Assembly (NCBI GenBank): GCA_051294905.1
Contig: CM119379.1
Coordinates: 23,312,001-23,376,000 of the forward strand
Source of the DNA: Botryllus schlosseri
Taxonomy: Eukaryota
DNA: 64,000 nt
Reading direction: 5' to 3'
The position numbers were made by a program, and so were the translations under genes. Each line of letters begins with the position of its first letter. Within the stretch, counting starts at the first letter, position 1. Shown one piece after another: positions 14,757-26,573 of this stretch. The notes under the pieces were generated by a model, which had not been told where the DNA came from, did no database searches, and saw only the letters and a list, made by a program, of their open reading frames with translations.

Positions 14757-16346
14757 TCAATCCTTCATCGCCTTCATAAGCTTTTCCAGCTTCATCGCCA
14801 ATCCCATGTTGCCTTTAATGGACAGTTTCCCGGACATGAACGCCTGCGTAGCGTTGAGCTGGCCCTGCAGCATTTTCACGAAATCGTCGCTGTCCAACTC
14901 CATTGTCACGTCAGGATTATCAACAGTTGATTCGGACAGGCTGCCGTCTCCATTTTTGAGATCGACAGTCCAATTTCCTGGTTCTTTGCCGGACAACGTA
15001 AACTGGTAGACACCACCAATTTTCGAGACTAGGTCTGCGTTTATCATTTTTTTCATTTTATCCATCGAGGATGATACGGTCGCTGATTCACCAGATTTTT
15101 CGGTCTGCGAAGAGGCAGGTTTTGAAGCCTTACCGGCCTTCATTACTTTCTCCAACTTCATAGCTACTCCCATGTTACCCTCGATCTTTAATTTCCCTTG
15201 CATGAAAGCTTGCGTGGAGCTGAGCTTGCCATCAAAAATAGCCACAAAATCTTTGCTCGTCATAGTCATGGTGCAGTCACTTTCTCCATCCTTTTGCGTG
15301 ACACTGCCGCTACCGTTTTTGAGGTCTAAAATCCACGTTTCAGAAGAATCACTCAGAACAAACTTGTACACGCCGTTTACACTTGACACTAGATCAGCGG
15401 ACAAGGACGCCCGTATCTTATCAAAGATAGCGTTGCTAGAGTCTTTAGGCTTGGCAATCTCTACGGCCTGATCTTTCAATGATTTTACATACGATTCTTC
15501 GGCAGTGTCGAGGAAAAAGTCTGGCAACAGGTTTTTTCCGGGTGCTATCGCGTATTGATCGAAATTAGTAATTCCTTCTTTTTCCAAAACGTCATCGTCT
15601 ATGAGGAATTCTCCCGATACTTTGGACGAATCTTTCGTTAAAATCGCGTACGCAGCATCAGCCATGATGGATGGTTTTCGACAGTTTTCCCCGATGTTAT
15701 CCCCGCCTAGCATCTCCATAGCGGCTGTATAAATAGCGGTCCTCGGCCATAGAGCATTAACAGCTATTCCTTCAGGTTGTAACTCAGCGGCCATACCCAA
15801 CACACACATCGACATGCCGTATTTAGCCATTGTATATGCCGTGTGATTTTTAAACCAGATCGGTTTCATGTTCAATGGCGGGCTAATGTTTAAAATGTGC
15901 GGATCCTTGCCGTTTTTCTTTGAATTTATCAAATGCGGAAGGCATACGCGTGAACATAAATACGTGCCACGTGCGTTAATTTGATTCATCAAATCATATA
16001 CTTTCATCGGAGTTGCTTGAGTGCCTGTTAAGCTGATCGCGCTGGCGTTATTTACCAAGATATCGATCCCGCCGAATTTCTTGACGGCTTGTTCGGTGGC
16101 TGCTTGTACCGAGTCTTCGTGTCGCACATCGACTACGCACGGTAAGCATTTTCCGCCGGCTTTTTCTATTTCTTCAGCTGCAGTGTATATGGTACCTGGG
16201 AGTTTGGGGTGGGGTTCTGCGGTCTTGGCGGCGATTACTACGTTAGCGCCGTCTACTGCGGCTTTCAAAGCGATTTCCTTTCCGATTCCTCTGCTAGCAC
16301 CTGTTACAAATATGGTGTAACCGGCTAACTTTCCAGCATTCAGCAT
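14757..16346 (-). CDS. HSDL2: Hydroxysteroid dehydrogenase-like protein 2 (SDR domain plus two SCP2 domains), single coding exon, 529 aa
   Basis: Uninterrupted ORF. N-terminus MLNAGKLAGYTIFVTGASRGIG (TGxxxGxG), NNASA, catalytic YTMAK, ALWPRTAIYTAAM. Two SCP2 repeats, each ending in QAFMxGKLxIxGNMGxAMKLEK. Confidence 0.96.
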   Translation of the reverse strand: MLNAGKLAGYTIFVTGASRGIGKEIALKAAVDGANVVIAAKTAEPHPKLPGTIYTAAEEIEKAGGKCLPCVVDVRHEDSVQAATEQAVKKFGGIDILVNNASAISLTGTQATPMKVYDLMNQINARGTYLCSRVCLPHLINSKKNGKDPHILNISPPLNMKPIWFKNHTAYTMAKYGMSMCVLGMAAELQPEGIAVNALWPRTAIYTAAMEMLGGDNIGENCRKPSIMADAAYAILTKDSSKVSGEFLIDDDVLEKEGITNFDQYAIAPGKNLLPDFFLDTAEESYVKSLKDQAVEIAKPKDSSNAIFDKIRASLSADLVSSVNGVYKFVLSDSSETWILDLKNGSGSVTQKDGESDCTMTMTSKDFVAIFDGKLSSTQAFMQGKLKIEGNMGVAMKLEKVMKAGKASKPASSQTEKSGESATVSSSMDKMKKMINADLVSKIGGVYQFTLSGKEPGNWTVDLKNGDGSLSESTVDNPDVTMELDSDDFVKMLQGQLNATQAFMSGKLSIKGNMGLAMKLEKLMKAMKD

Positions 16347-17461
16347 TTTTGTAAATAAGATGATGAGTTTTTGGCTAAAATTTCGGCGGTTGTGAATTCA
16401 GATAGAATATCGTATCGGTCAAGAGGCAAGAGCAAACTTTCTGAATACGCTGCCGTACAGCCGATATTAGCACTCCTGTCAAATGTTCCAAGAGTCAAGT
16501 TTTGTTTGCATTTGTATTGATTATGCATATAAATGGTCGATGGCGGCGATGTCATCACATGCGTCTTCGGTGTCCTCGATATATTCATATATTTTGAAGA
16601 GCTTTTTGGCGATATCGTAGTATACTTTGACGATGTCACGACATACTGTTCTTGGGTAAGATTGGATGTACAGAGTATGGACCAATCTTGTTTTTGTTAG
16701 GCTTTTAGATGGGTGGATGGGTTGTGTCAGGGGTTCGTTACATAGGAATTTACAACGGAAATTGCAATAGTCAGAGGTTCGGTTTGGCGATAGGTTAGCG
16801 TTCTGGTTTGTTATGCCATCAATTAGCTTTTATCGGGGGCAGACGAGGTTAAACTGAATCGTAGGAGGTTGGGCGCATCGTCATCATTAGTAGGTTGAAG
16901 AGTTAATTGTAGGTTTTGGGATGACCAAGTGTTGATCCTAATATATACTCGAACCCAACCTAGCCTTACATAAGCAAAACACTAAACAAATCCGACTCCT
17001 ACCCTAACAAAACCATAACCCTACCCACATCCAATGTGACATCGCTAATGACATCGGGGACATCGGTGAAGCATATGTTGACATCGCCAATTTAGATATA
17101 CCCTCTCATTGACTTCTCATATTTACTATTTTGGGCACTGTTATTTTATTCTTGTTCGATAATCACAATATAACTAAGTAGTCGAAAATTCGAATATATA
17201 TAATATAAGTATATATATCTTATGCACATATATCTTAAGTTGTGATATATTATAGAGCATTAGATAGTAGATTCCTTAGAAATACATTGTATGGGTCAGT
17301 GGCCGTGTGATTGACGAGTGAAACGAACCGTATCAAACTATGCGGAGTTCGATTTCGATCTCAAGATTTCGGTGCTCGTTTGAAATATACCAGTGAATCT
17401 AGGCGAAGTCGCTATTTTCGTGTTCACTTCCATTCCCGTTTCATGAGAAATAGGTCTCATA

Positions 17462-19471
17462 ATGTACAAGCACGAATATCAAGGCGGACCTACAGTGGAA
17501 ATATTAAGTTGTCAAGGAAAAGACCCTCTCCAAAAGTGGAAGATCTCAGGCAGCACGAATGGAACCGCACATTTGACATACGAGAAAAACGTGAAAGGCT
17601 ATGCGGTACAGCTAGAAGGGAGTACTGTCACAAATAAAATGCAACTACCGAAAAATGGTAAGAAGTCCCTTCATTTGACACAGAGATATCTGATACTGCA
17701 GGTTTATGTGCCGCTTTCCAAAGATTTCTCGATTGAACTCGCAATGACTGATACCACGGGTAGCAAAAGAAGAGTAATGATGTCTACATCAGCTCGTGAA
17801 ATTTCCATCACTCCCCTTCACGCTAAATTGAATATATCCCTTGTAAAGAGGGACACTTGGTTGAATTTATGTCTTGATTTGGCGTCGCTGGTTTCCGACA
17901 TATTTTTGAGGCAGACTTTCAAGTGTCTGGATTTTATCGTTATTGCCGGAAACTGTAAGGTCAGGAAAATATTCACAATGCGAAATCAGCCTCCAGACAC
18001 TACGGCATCGGATTGCGAGTCTACAGACTCTCACACAAAGCAGTCTTGTTTTCAATTGGAAAATGTCCCGCCGAGCGTGCAATTTTCTAGCACCGTGATG
18101 TACATGACGCAAGTTATAACGGTGCCGAAAATTCGATCTGAACTAAGTCGCACTTCAAAACTGAAGAGTATATCGTCAGGCGGAATCACTTCACGAAAGG
18201 ACAGCGATTCATTACGAAATACATACGAAAATCAACCAAGCAGCAGAGAATCTACAAAATCTTTTGCGTCAAATCCACGCCATGATAAGAAACCTAAACG
18301 TCCAGCATCATCGGAATCCGAAAAATCAGCTCGCACGCTATCACAAAAAGCAGTCAAACCATCCAAAAATCCCGACCCTGCACCAGATCAAAGCACGCTT
18401 TTAGCATCAGCGCGGTCACCTTTCTCACTAATTCAACTTGTCGATGACATGGAGATTAGAGACTCCTTAGATAGCGGCGCTGGCGACGTACTTAAGACAG
18501 CAAACAGCGATAAGAGCGATGTGTTTTTATTTTCTTCCAAGCCACATATCGCACACGAAAGGCCTAAAAGTGCCACCAATCGAACAGTATACAAAAGTGA
18601 CTCTTTGACTGAAGATTTAAATTACGATGAAGACGATGCTACTACAATTCAGCCATCTGAAAATAAGATACGTCTTAAAGAATCAAACTCTTTACCTATA
18701 TTAGCTAGCGGGAGTTTCAGAGGTTTATCGCTACGCGATTCCGAAACTACCTTGATATCTTCTGCGGAAACCCTCGTGCAAACAACTGGAAGAAATGCAC
18801 TTTCGAATTGCGAAGGTAAACGCGATTATGCGCTTTCTAAATACACGGATGGTGGCGAGGGCACTCCGCAGAACGTCACTATAAGTCGGAAAACTATCAG
18901 AGAAATTCCTCCGAAATCCGACACATCTTATCAGGACCATGATTTTTCCAATCTACCCGTAGATTCATGGAGTGAATCTTTCGACAGCCGTATCCTGTCG
19001 GAAATGAAACGCGAGCAGGAAGAAGAAGACCTCGTAGCTGATGATCTCAAAGCGAGACAAGAGACGGTAACAAACAACGACGTGGATTATAACGACGACA
19101 GTTTCGACGCTAGTTGGAGCACTTGGAAACAGCCGCCTGGGATGGATTCCGAGGCGTACGCGGGCGAAATGAGAGGCACACTGCACAATCACACGCAGAC
19201 TTTAGATCTTACTTTAGACGAGGCTAAGTATGAGAGCTCCGGGAGTCTGCCCAGTCCGCCGATAGTTCTGCCGTCGCAAAGAGGGAGGCATAGGAACGAT
19301 GAATTTTATTCGTCGGAAGCTTTCGGGATTTCAGACGGCAGCACTGTGAGTGGGCAAAGTACGTCGCTGAACGAATCTGACGATGAGGAAATGCTCGATT
19401 TAATGTACGATCCTTGTCTCAACTGCTATTTTGACCCGAAAAGCGGAAGATATTATGAGCTGAAAGGGTGA
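17462..19471 (+). CDS. CFAP20DC: CFAP20 domain-containing protein (C3orf67 orthologue), single coding exon, 669 aa
   Basis: N-terminal CFAP20/DUF667-type domain (YQGGPTVEILSCQGKDPLQKWK; LHLTQRYLILQVYVP; LVKRDTWLNLCLDL), Ser-rich low-complexity middle, and the conserved C-terminus LDLMYDPCLNCYFDPKSGRYYELK. Confidence 0.92.
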   Translation: MYKHEYQGGPTVEILSCQGKDPLQKWKISGSTNGTAHLTYEKNVKGYAVQLEGSTVTNKMQLPKNGKKSLHLTQRYLILQVYVPLSKDFSIELAMTDTTGSKRRVMMSTSAREISITPLHAKLNISLVKRDTWLNLCLDLASLVSDIFLRQTFKCLDFIVIAGNCKVRKIFTMRNQPPDTTASDCESTDSHTKQSCFQLENVPPSVQFSSTVMYMTQVITVPKIRSELSRTSKLKSISSGGITSRKDSDSLRNTYENQPSSRESTKSFASNPRHDKKPKRPASSESEKSARTLSQKAVKPSKNPDPAPDQSTLLASARSPFSLIQLVDDMEIRDSLDSGAGDVLKTANSDKSDVFLFSSKPHIAHERPKSATNRTVYKSDSLTEDLNYDEDDATTIQPSENKIRLKESNSLPILASGSFRGLSLRDSETTLISSAETLVQTTGRNALSNCEGKRDYALSKYTDGGEGTPQNVTISRKTIREIPPKSDTSYQDHDFSNLPVDSWSESFDSRILSEMKREQEEEDLVADDLKARQETVTNNDVDYNDDSFDASWSTWKQPPGMDSEAYAGEMRGTLHNHTQTLDLTLDEAKYESSGSLPSPPIVLPSQRGRHRNDEFYSSEAFGISDGSTVSGQSTSLNESDDEEMLDLMYDPCLNCYFDPKSGRYYELKG

Positions 19472-19494
19472 ATACCGTTTCTGATATGTTTGTA

Positions 19495-20141
19495 CGGTAG
19501 GGGTGTTCAAAAATGACTTTTTCTTAAATTGTACTGGCTACTTGATAAAATTGTTTGGTTACCTAATTAAAGGCTGTACACCAAATTATTTTTAATTCCA
19601 ACGAGTAGCCGCATTGCTACAAGAGAAAAAAGTTTTTTATTATATAAAAATAAATTTCAAAATTTTCTGTTCACCCAATGAAATTGTTAGGTTGTCTATA
19701 GAATCGATGCACACCAATTTTGGCTCAATTCCAACCAGTGGAAACGGAGTTATTGCCGTCGAAAATTTGGATTCAAATGAAATAGTATTTACGGTGCCAA
19801 ATTCTTCAATTACCGGCATTTATTATAGGTCTGCCCACCGTAAATACAATTTTTTCAAATCAAAATTTTTTGACGGGAATAACTCTGCTTCCACTGGTTG
19901 GAATTGAGCCAAATTTGGTGAGCATCGTTTCTATAAACAACCTAACAATTTCATGGGGTGAACAGAAGTTTTGAAATCGTTTCTTGAATAATAAATAAAA
20001 AACTTTCTTCTCCTGTAGCAATGCGTCTACTCCTTGGAACTGAACCAAATTTGGTGTGCAGCCTTTAATTAGGTAGCCTGACAATTTTATCACCTAGCCA
20101 GTACAATTTGAGAAAAAAGTCATTTTTGAGCACCCCTACTG
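19495..20141. mobile_element. Foldback MITE, Tc1/mariner-like (TA TSD)
   Basis: Starts CGGTAGGGGTGTTCAAAAATGAC, ends GTCATTTTTGAGCACCCCTACTG, flanked by TA on both sides. About 260 bp of each arm are reverse complements; the mirrored LLQEKKVFY in ORFs 19614+ and 19860- reflects this. Confidence 0.85.
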
Positions 20142-20658
20142 TACAGTTGCTAATCTCCACTGTGTAATTTGGTCTTGCTGTTCTGTAATATTTTTATAGA
20201 TAAAGCCTACTAAACTTTGCTCGACAATTCCAACTCCTCTGTTCCATGGGATGTTCCTTCTCTATACAATTGCATGGTATGTTCATATTGAAATATACCC
20301 TAATATTTTTGTTTAACACTCTTCATGGGTAATCGTCGGCCACTAGTAGAGAATCGAGAAGAACATTGTATATCAACAATCATATCAACGTTCTTATCAA
20401 TTCTTGATTAGTTGCTGACTACCATATGGAGTGTCAGTATTTAGGAATACTTTAATATGAATATCATTCAACTGTATGATGAAGTTCTGTACCTCGATAA
20501 CGTTCCTTCTGTATACATTTACCTGAAACTGACTTTTTTGCACACTTTATATCACACGTTGTAATCGATGCTGTAGGATATGTATAATTTGGTTTGCCAT
20601 GAATGAACTAACCATATATGTACGCATTTTTCATAGTATCTTTCCTAATATAAGTATA

Positions 20659-23245
20659 ATGTTGTCGACATACTCGCGACTGGCAAGACTCGCTCAGCTG
20701 AAATGTGTCCGTCGCTCCGTGCACAGTAGCAGTTCTCTGCAGAAGCCGCTCGGAATACCGTTTGTAATCGAGCAGACCGGAATCGGGGAAAGGTCTTATG
20801 ATATTTATTCAAGATTGTTGAAAGAGAGAATCATATTTCTTATGTCCCCTGTGAGTATTGATTGTTTCCGATTGTTATTAAAATGGGTCTTTTATTGGGC
20901 TGTCCCGTTGCCCCAGGGAGTCTTGAAATTGACAAAATAGATAGGCCTACACCTGATTTACTCATTGAGCTACTTCGGGTTGGTAGACTCAGTTTGTGAA
21001 ATTGTCGATTGTCGACATTAATGACATTGACAAAATAGATACATTCGAGCAAGTCAACTGGTTTTGTTAGACACGTAATGTCAATTCTTCTAATCTCTTG
21101 CATCCACAAAACGCATTCCATACTCAAACAGACATTTACCATTTAATATCTTTGCCTACAGATTGATGATTTCGTATCAGGACTTGTTGTGGCTCAATTG
21201 CTTTTCCTGCAATCCGAGAGCAACAAAAAACCGGTGCACATGTACATAAATTCTCCGGGTTAGTAAAGGTACTATTACGTCTGCAAGTGATTTGTTGTAT
21301 TATATAAAAAACTTTTGAACATCCCAGGGGGCGCTGTAACGTCCGGCCTCGCCATTTACGACACAATGCAGCACCTGCAATGTCCCGTTGCCACTTGGTG
21401 TATCGGGCAAGCCAGTAGCATGGGGTCTTTATTGCTGTGTGCCGGTACGAAAGGCATGCGACAATCGCTACCACACTCAAGAATAATGCTGCATCAGCCT
21501 CACGGGGGAGCTCAGGTGTGTGATGACGATTCCATGTACATTGTATGTAGCACAGGTTACCGGTGTAGTCACAAATGCTACTCAAGTAGAATCAGAGGTG
21601 GTCAGTAACTAAGGACATTACTATTTCAGCGTACTCAAGTGGGATGTCTTGTAGCTACTTCTGCAAGTTTTTCATGCTATCTACTAAATTTTTGGATGTT
21701 GAATTTTGTAAACTGGATTGTAGTATTGCTTGAGTACTTTTCAAATCCTCATTTTCTGTTTCCACTTGGAGTAGTTTTGACATGTCTTGGAAATAGCAAC
21801 TTGTAATTAGAAGAAATTTACTGCGTTACTACTGCTTTGCCTTGAGTAACAACGATGACTCCTTAGTCTCCTTTGACCTCTGAGTAAAATTATTCCCACT
21901 ACATCATATTCCGAGTTCAACTAGATATTGTCGTCTGATTGACCCCAGTTGCTGTTACAAATGCGCTCAAATATATCCAAAAACAAGTACTGCAGTTTTA
22001 AAACCTTGTTAGTGTATGCCAGATGCTTCTTCACTGACCGCCTCTCTCAAATAGTTGATTTCGCGTCATCTGGAGGGGCCGCTCACACTTCAATCTGTGT
22101 GCCTTGGAGTCGGCCTTTATCAAAATACATCAGCCCAAGCTTTGTCTACAAAAGGAGTTCGTGTACCATCTTAAAATAGTACATTGAACCATAGTGTCCT
22201 ATATGGTGTCGACACAGGCAAATCTCACGAGTCAGTGAAATTGTATCACGTCACAATTTCCATTTGGCTACAGGCAATTTGACGGTCATTTTTGACCGGC
22301 TTGCCGAGCATTAAATTTGGTAAAACGGGTATCAATCGAAAGCTGACTCTCCACTGATTACGAAAATATAAATTTTATTCCGCTCGTGGCCCTGGAACTT
22401 CCACAATCAGCCTCGAATTTTTCATTGTTATGGAGATTGGCATTGGGACGCAACAATGCTGTCTGGCGAAACGAGAGAGTAGCTCAGGACGTAACAATGC
22501 TGTCTGGCGAAACGAGAGAGTAGCTCAAGAGAAAAAGAGCCAGACATTGTTTCGTCCCAATGCCAATCTTCATAACAATGAAAAATTCGAAGCTGATTGT
22601 GGGAGTTCCAGGGACACGAGCGGAATAAAATTTATATTTTCGTAATCAGTGCAGAGTCGGCTTTCGATTGATACCCGTTTTACCAAATTTAATGCTTGTC
22701 AAGCCGGTCAAAAATGACCGTCAAACTGCCTGTAGCCAAATGGAAATTGTGACGTGATACAATTTCACTGAGGCGTAAGATTTGCCTGTATCGACACCAT
22801 ATAGGACACTATGTTTGAACGCTCTCTTATTTGAGATCTCATTTCATGCTGGTATATGACATATTCGGGTTAATTTCAATATGACTATACTATGCAATTG
22901 TATATTGAAGTTATGTACCTCCGAAAAGCTCTTTAATAGAATATGCATGCAAATTCCTACATACAAGTTTTGTGAACTAGGGTCAAACATCCGACATCCT
23001 CCTGCAAGCAGAAGAAATGAAGAGAATGAGAAACGAATTAAATTTGATATACGTCAAACACACGGGTCAACCTATCGACGTAATAGGTGAGCCCGTCCCT
23101 CGTGATTGTTGGCGAATTTGCGTTTGTCAACAAAATTGACGGTGTTTTAGAAAAAGCGTTGGATCGCGACAACTTCATGAATGTCGAGGAGGCGAAAGAT
23201 TTCGGCATAATCGATTCTATCCTATATCCGTCCGGGAAGAAATGA
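20659..23245 (+). CDS. CLPP: Mitochondrial ATP-dependent Clp protease proteolytic subunit, 225 aa
   Basis: Exons 20659-20850, 21162-21258, 21328-21515, 22981-23086, 23151-23245 (678 nt, phases compatible). Arg/Ser-rich presequence-like N-terminus; [35 protein letters not shown] (catalytic Ser), RIMLHQP (His), LDRDNFM. Confidence 0.96.
22190..22813. mobile_element. 624-bp foldback element with ~280-bp TIRs beginning CATAG and a 7-bp TSD (P-element-like MITE) in CLPP intron 3
   Basis: Left arm CATAGTGTCCTATATGGTGTCGA mirrors the right arm ending TCGACACCATATAGGACACTATG. Flanks ATTGAAC and TTTGAAC. An uninterrupted copy of the host repeat near 4200-4235 has a single ATTGAAT. Confidence 0.8.
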
Positions 23246-23946
23246 TGAGCGTCCAATCGTGTTCTTTTTCTTTGATGTGCACCTTCGCCGAGCACCGCAG
23301 CTGCCAATTTCCAGTGATTTTTTACGCGTACCGTTTCTGCTCGATCGTTTTCCTGTTCGTGGCATATCCTCACTATTACTGTTGTTTATGTTGACCAACT
23401 TCGGGATGGAATGTAGTCGTTAACTTCGCGATTATATATAATATCAGTATCAGTTTATTAATAATTTTCATCATTTCAAAACACCACAAGATTGCGATAC
23501 AATGAAAATGATAGGAAGGCTTCAAAGCGACTTGGGGTAGTCTTTGAAATCAGACTCCCTCCTGGGCAGTGTTATCAGAGAAGTTGGCGATTAGCTTGGA
23601 TTAGGACCGGACTTGACCGCATCTATGGAAGATGAAAACGGATTCAAACTCTATATTACCGGATGGATCTGCGATCTACCGATTTTTGTATTGATGGTGT
23701 CGCGTGTAAAATTGGCATTACAACAAATTCTGTGTTACTCGTATGCTGCATATGAATTTGAAAAGCATCGAGCCAAGAGTGGCAAGCAAGACGTTGTTTT
23801 GGTATTCATGATATCCGACTCTATTGGTGATTTTACATCAGGCCGATATTCTTCAATACGATTTTGGTATCTGCCGACTTGTTGCTCTTCTACGCTATTT
23901 GAGACGACGCGTACGCGGATCAGATGGCGAGTAGGAGCCTATAGAT

Positions 23947-24265
23947 CAGTGGTTCCCGACCTTTTTCGCCCCATCGCCCCCCAAATTTTGTGTACCGAAA
24001 ATTGGGCATACAAACTGTAATTACCGGCGGGTTGACTAAAAAAAAAGGTCAAATTTCCGGCACGATGTCTAATTTGACACACTTTTAAGCTAAATTTCAG
24101 TGTGTTTAAAAAAAAAAAAAAAAGGTCAGCCGTTTTGGCGCGTCATCGCCCCCGTCGCCCCCTTTGTCCATTTTCGCCCCCCTGTCGCCCCCTCTGTCAT
24201 TTTCGCCCCCCTAGACAGCCAAATCGCCCCCTGGGGGGCGATATCGCCCACGTTGGGAACCACTG
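23947..24265. mobile_element. Buster/Charlie-type hAT MITE
   Basis: TIRs CAGTGGTTCCC and GGGAACCACTG; perfect 8-bp TSD CTATAGAT (23939-23946, 24266-24273) with central TA; internal TCGCCCCC repeats. Confidence 0.9.
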
Positions 24266-24319
24266 CTATAGATAAACCTTCAATACGGCGCCGTAGGAAT
24301 TCTGGAGTCGATCTGACAA

Positions 24320-25650
24320 TCAAACAGCAGTGATCGGAAATACAGGCGTTGCTAGTTGTTGTTCTTTAGGAGCTGTAGCTTGCGGTGGAGGTCGTCTGGT
24401 GTCCGGAACAGCTCTTCTCAATCGCGTTATTGCTGGAATATCGAATCTCCAGTTGGTGATCGTTACTGGGTCTTCTTCTTGTGGCGGCTGGTCGTTTCGC
24501 TTGCGCTCTGAGCAGAGTACCGCGGAACATGCTGCTATTAGCATCACACAACCGAAACCGATAAAGGCAAACCCAATTGTTGAGATGTTACTCTGCAGAC
24601 CCATGCTTATTGCTCCGTATAATGCCATGGTTATGCCGGTGATCAAGAGCGCCGCGCAGATAATGAGTACACATTCTGTCTTTGACGCTCTGGGTTTAGT
24701 AGTGCCTGCAAATAAAGCCAATATTGCCACTCGTGGAATGTAATTCGGACGTGCCGCCGTACGCGAGATTAGTCGGGCCTATACCGCAGCGCTGGTTTTG
24801 ACCGTAATGACTTTTCAAGTACAATTTATACAACGGGTGTGGTCGTGACGTCGCTGGCGAGGAAGTAGATCATAATATAGAATTGTTGATTGATAACGAC
24901 ATCCGCGGTGCCCGGCTGACGCGATGAATCTACTGCGCCTGAGAATACTGGACCTCCGTGCCTGGTATGTACTATTCAAAATAGGCAATGTTGCAACATT
25001 AAAAAATGAGGCTTGTAGAAACTCAAGCCAATAAAAGAAAGTGATGTTACTGTACTGTATGGGCTTATATGCGGATTATGGTAGTACACAATTTTCGCGG
25101 CGCCTATCATCCATTTTGAGCTGGTATTTCGGTGAACGTGACACGACCTGCAAAGTCGAAAATATTCAAGTTATCGTGGCAATATATTCGTCGATCTGGC
25201 ACATACGCAGCCACCATAAGTGACATTGTGAAAGTGGATTGAGTAAGCCTATGGTTGTTCGCGGCGATTTCACGACAACACACGCACCGTATTTCTATAC
25301 AAATTAACAAAATGTTTATCGCGGCACCGCTTAACCTACACACACACAGTGCAATTAAAATCCATGAATGTTTGTTGTTTACATTCTACCAGGCCTTATA
25401 CACCATACTTTCAGTGCGACTGAACAGATCATTTCACTCGAAACCAAAAGCGCAGCCTTATTGTTTTTTTTTTGAGGCTATACTTACGGTAAGTTTCTTC
25501 TTCAGGATGCGTCGGAATCCTTATAGGCCTAAACTTTGGTCCGGGAAACTGTAGATCTGGGTGCTCGACTCCACTCCAAGTGCTAACCATGTCCACAAAG
25601 TCAAAATGACACGAGAAGTCTTCATACGGACAGCGTTCATAGATCGGCAA
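24320..25650 (-). CDS. Predicted two-TM hairpin membrane protein, ~190 aa (cluster member 1)
   Basis: Exon 1 25488-25650 (MPIYERCPYEDF...PEEETY, phase-1 donor GTAAGT) joins in frame to exon 2 24320-24729. Exon 2 encodes hydrophobic CVLIICAALLITGITMALYG and ISTIGFAFIGFGCVMLIAACSAVL, then a Pro-rich tail. The acceptor (TTCCACGAG) is weak. Confidence 0.65.
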
Positions 25651-26573
25651 CTAGTTGATTGCTACGGGGATTTCTATGGCATAAGTAATTTGATAGATGG
25701 CCTACCTGTGGTACAGTGTGAGCTTGTAATTTGATCGCGGATCTCAGTCATCACAGCCGTGCTACGGACGTATCGTCGCGTAAGGTATACAAATCGATTA
25801 ATTGCTTTGATTTTGACCAATTATTGTGACAGTGGCGTAGAACCTGAGGTGGAAAAAACGCTTTGGTCCCTCCAGATTTTAGCTTGCGCATTTGTATGGC
25901 GCTCTAATCCAAGCCACTTTATGTAAAATCGTAATCACTTCTATTTGAATCTTTTCGAATGATGATGATGATCTGATGATTTCAAAATGCCTAGTACGAT
26001 GTGCAATAAAAAGACAATTCGTTGTGATATTTATTAATTTCCCAAAATATCCAGCGGTGTTTATCGATGATAGCATCATAGAAATTTCGATAACACATGT
26101 TCACTCGCGTGTATTAACTGGTTTATATACACGATGAAAGTTCAAATTTCATTCCCAAAATCATGTAACAGAGAATCAAACCGTAAAAGTTATTCGGTTA
26201 ACACCAAATCTAAATCAACAGGTAAGAATTGAGAGAACAATTAATATAACGATTATGAAGCGCGGAATATCTTCAGCGTATTGACAACAGTATTTCCAGT
26301 AGCCTATATTTTTCCCAAATTCGTTGGCAGACAGGTACACACAGAAGAAACCTAACTGCTTCAGTGCAAACAATTTAGGTCGATTCAATTGTTAACAGCT
26401 ATACAGGTGATAATCGGGGGTTGAGTGTAAATGTGTTCTGTAGAATTTTTGTACTTGTTGTTTGCTATTTGTACATATATCTACGGATGAGAGCGATGGA
26501 TGCTGCACATTTTGTGGTTTCAGGCTCAGCTCTTCTCATAGTGTGTTTGACACTGATTCTGGGATAGGCCTAC

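Noticed and set aside
14703-16320. Plus-strand ORFs opposite HSDL2, and minus-strand ORFs opposite CFAP20DC and pol
   Set aside because: Expected antisense shadows of long coding regions.
16340-16639. 99-codon ORF overlapping the HSDL2 start, as a possible regulatory uORF
   Set aside because: Its 5' part lies in repeat-like DNA, the TSS is unknown, and the peptide is low-information.
19472-20658. CFAP20DC-CLPP as a trans-spliced operon
   Set aside because: The 1.2-kb gap contains a MITE and AATAAA sites, and no evidence of polycistrony can be read from sequence.
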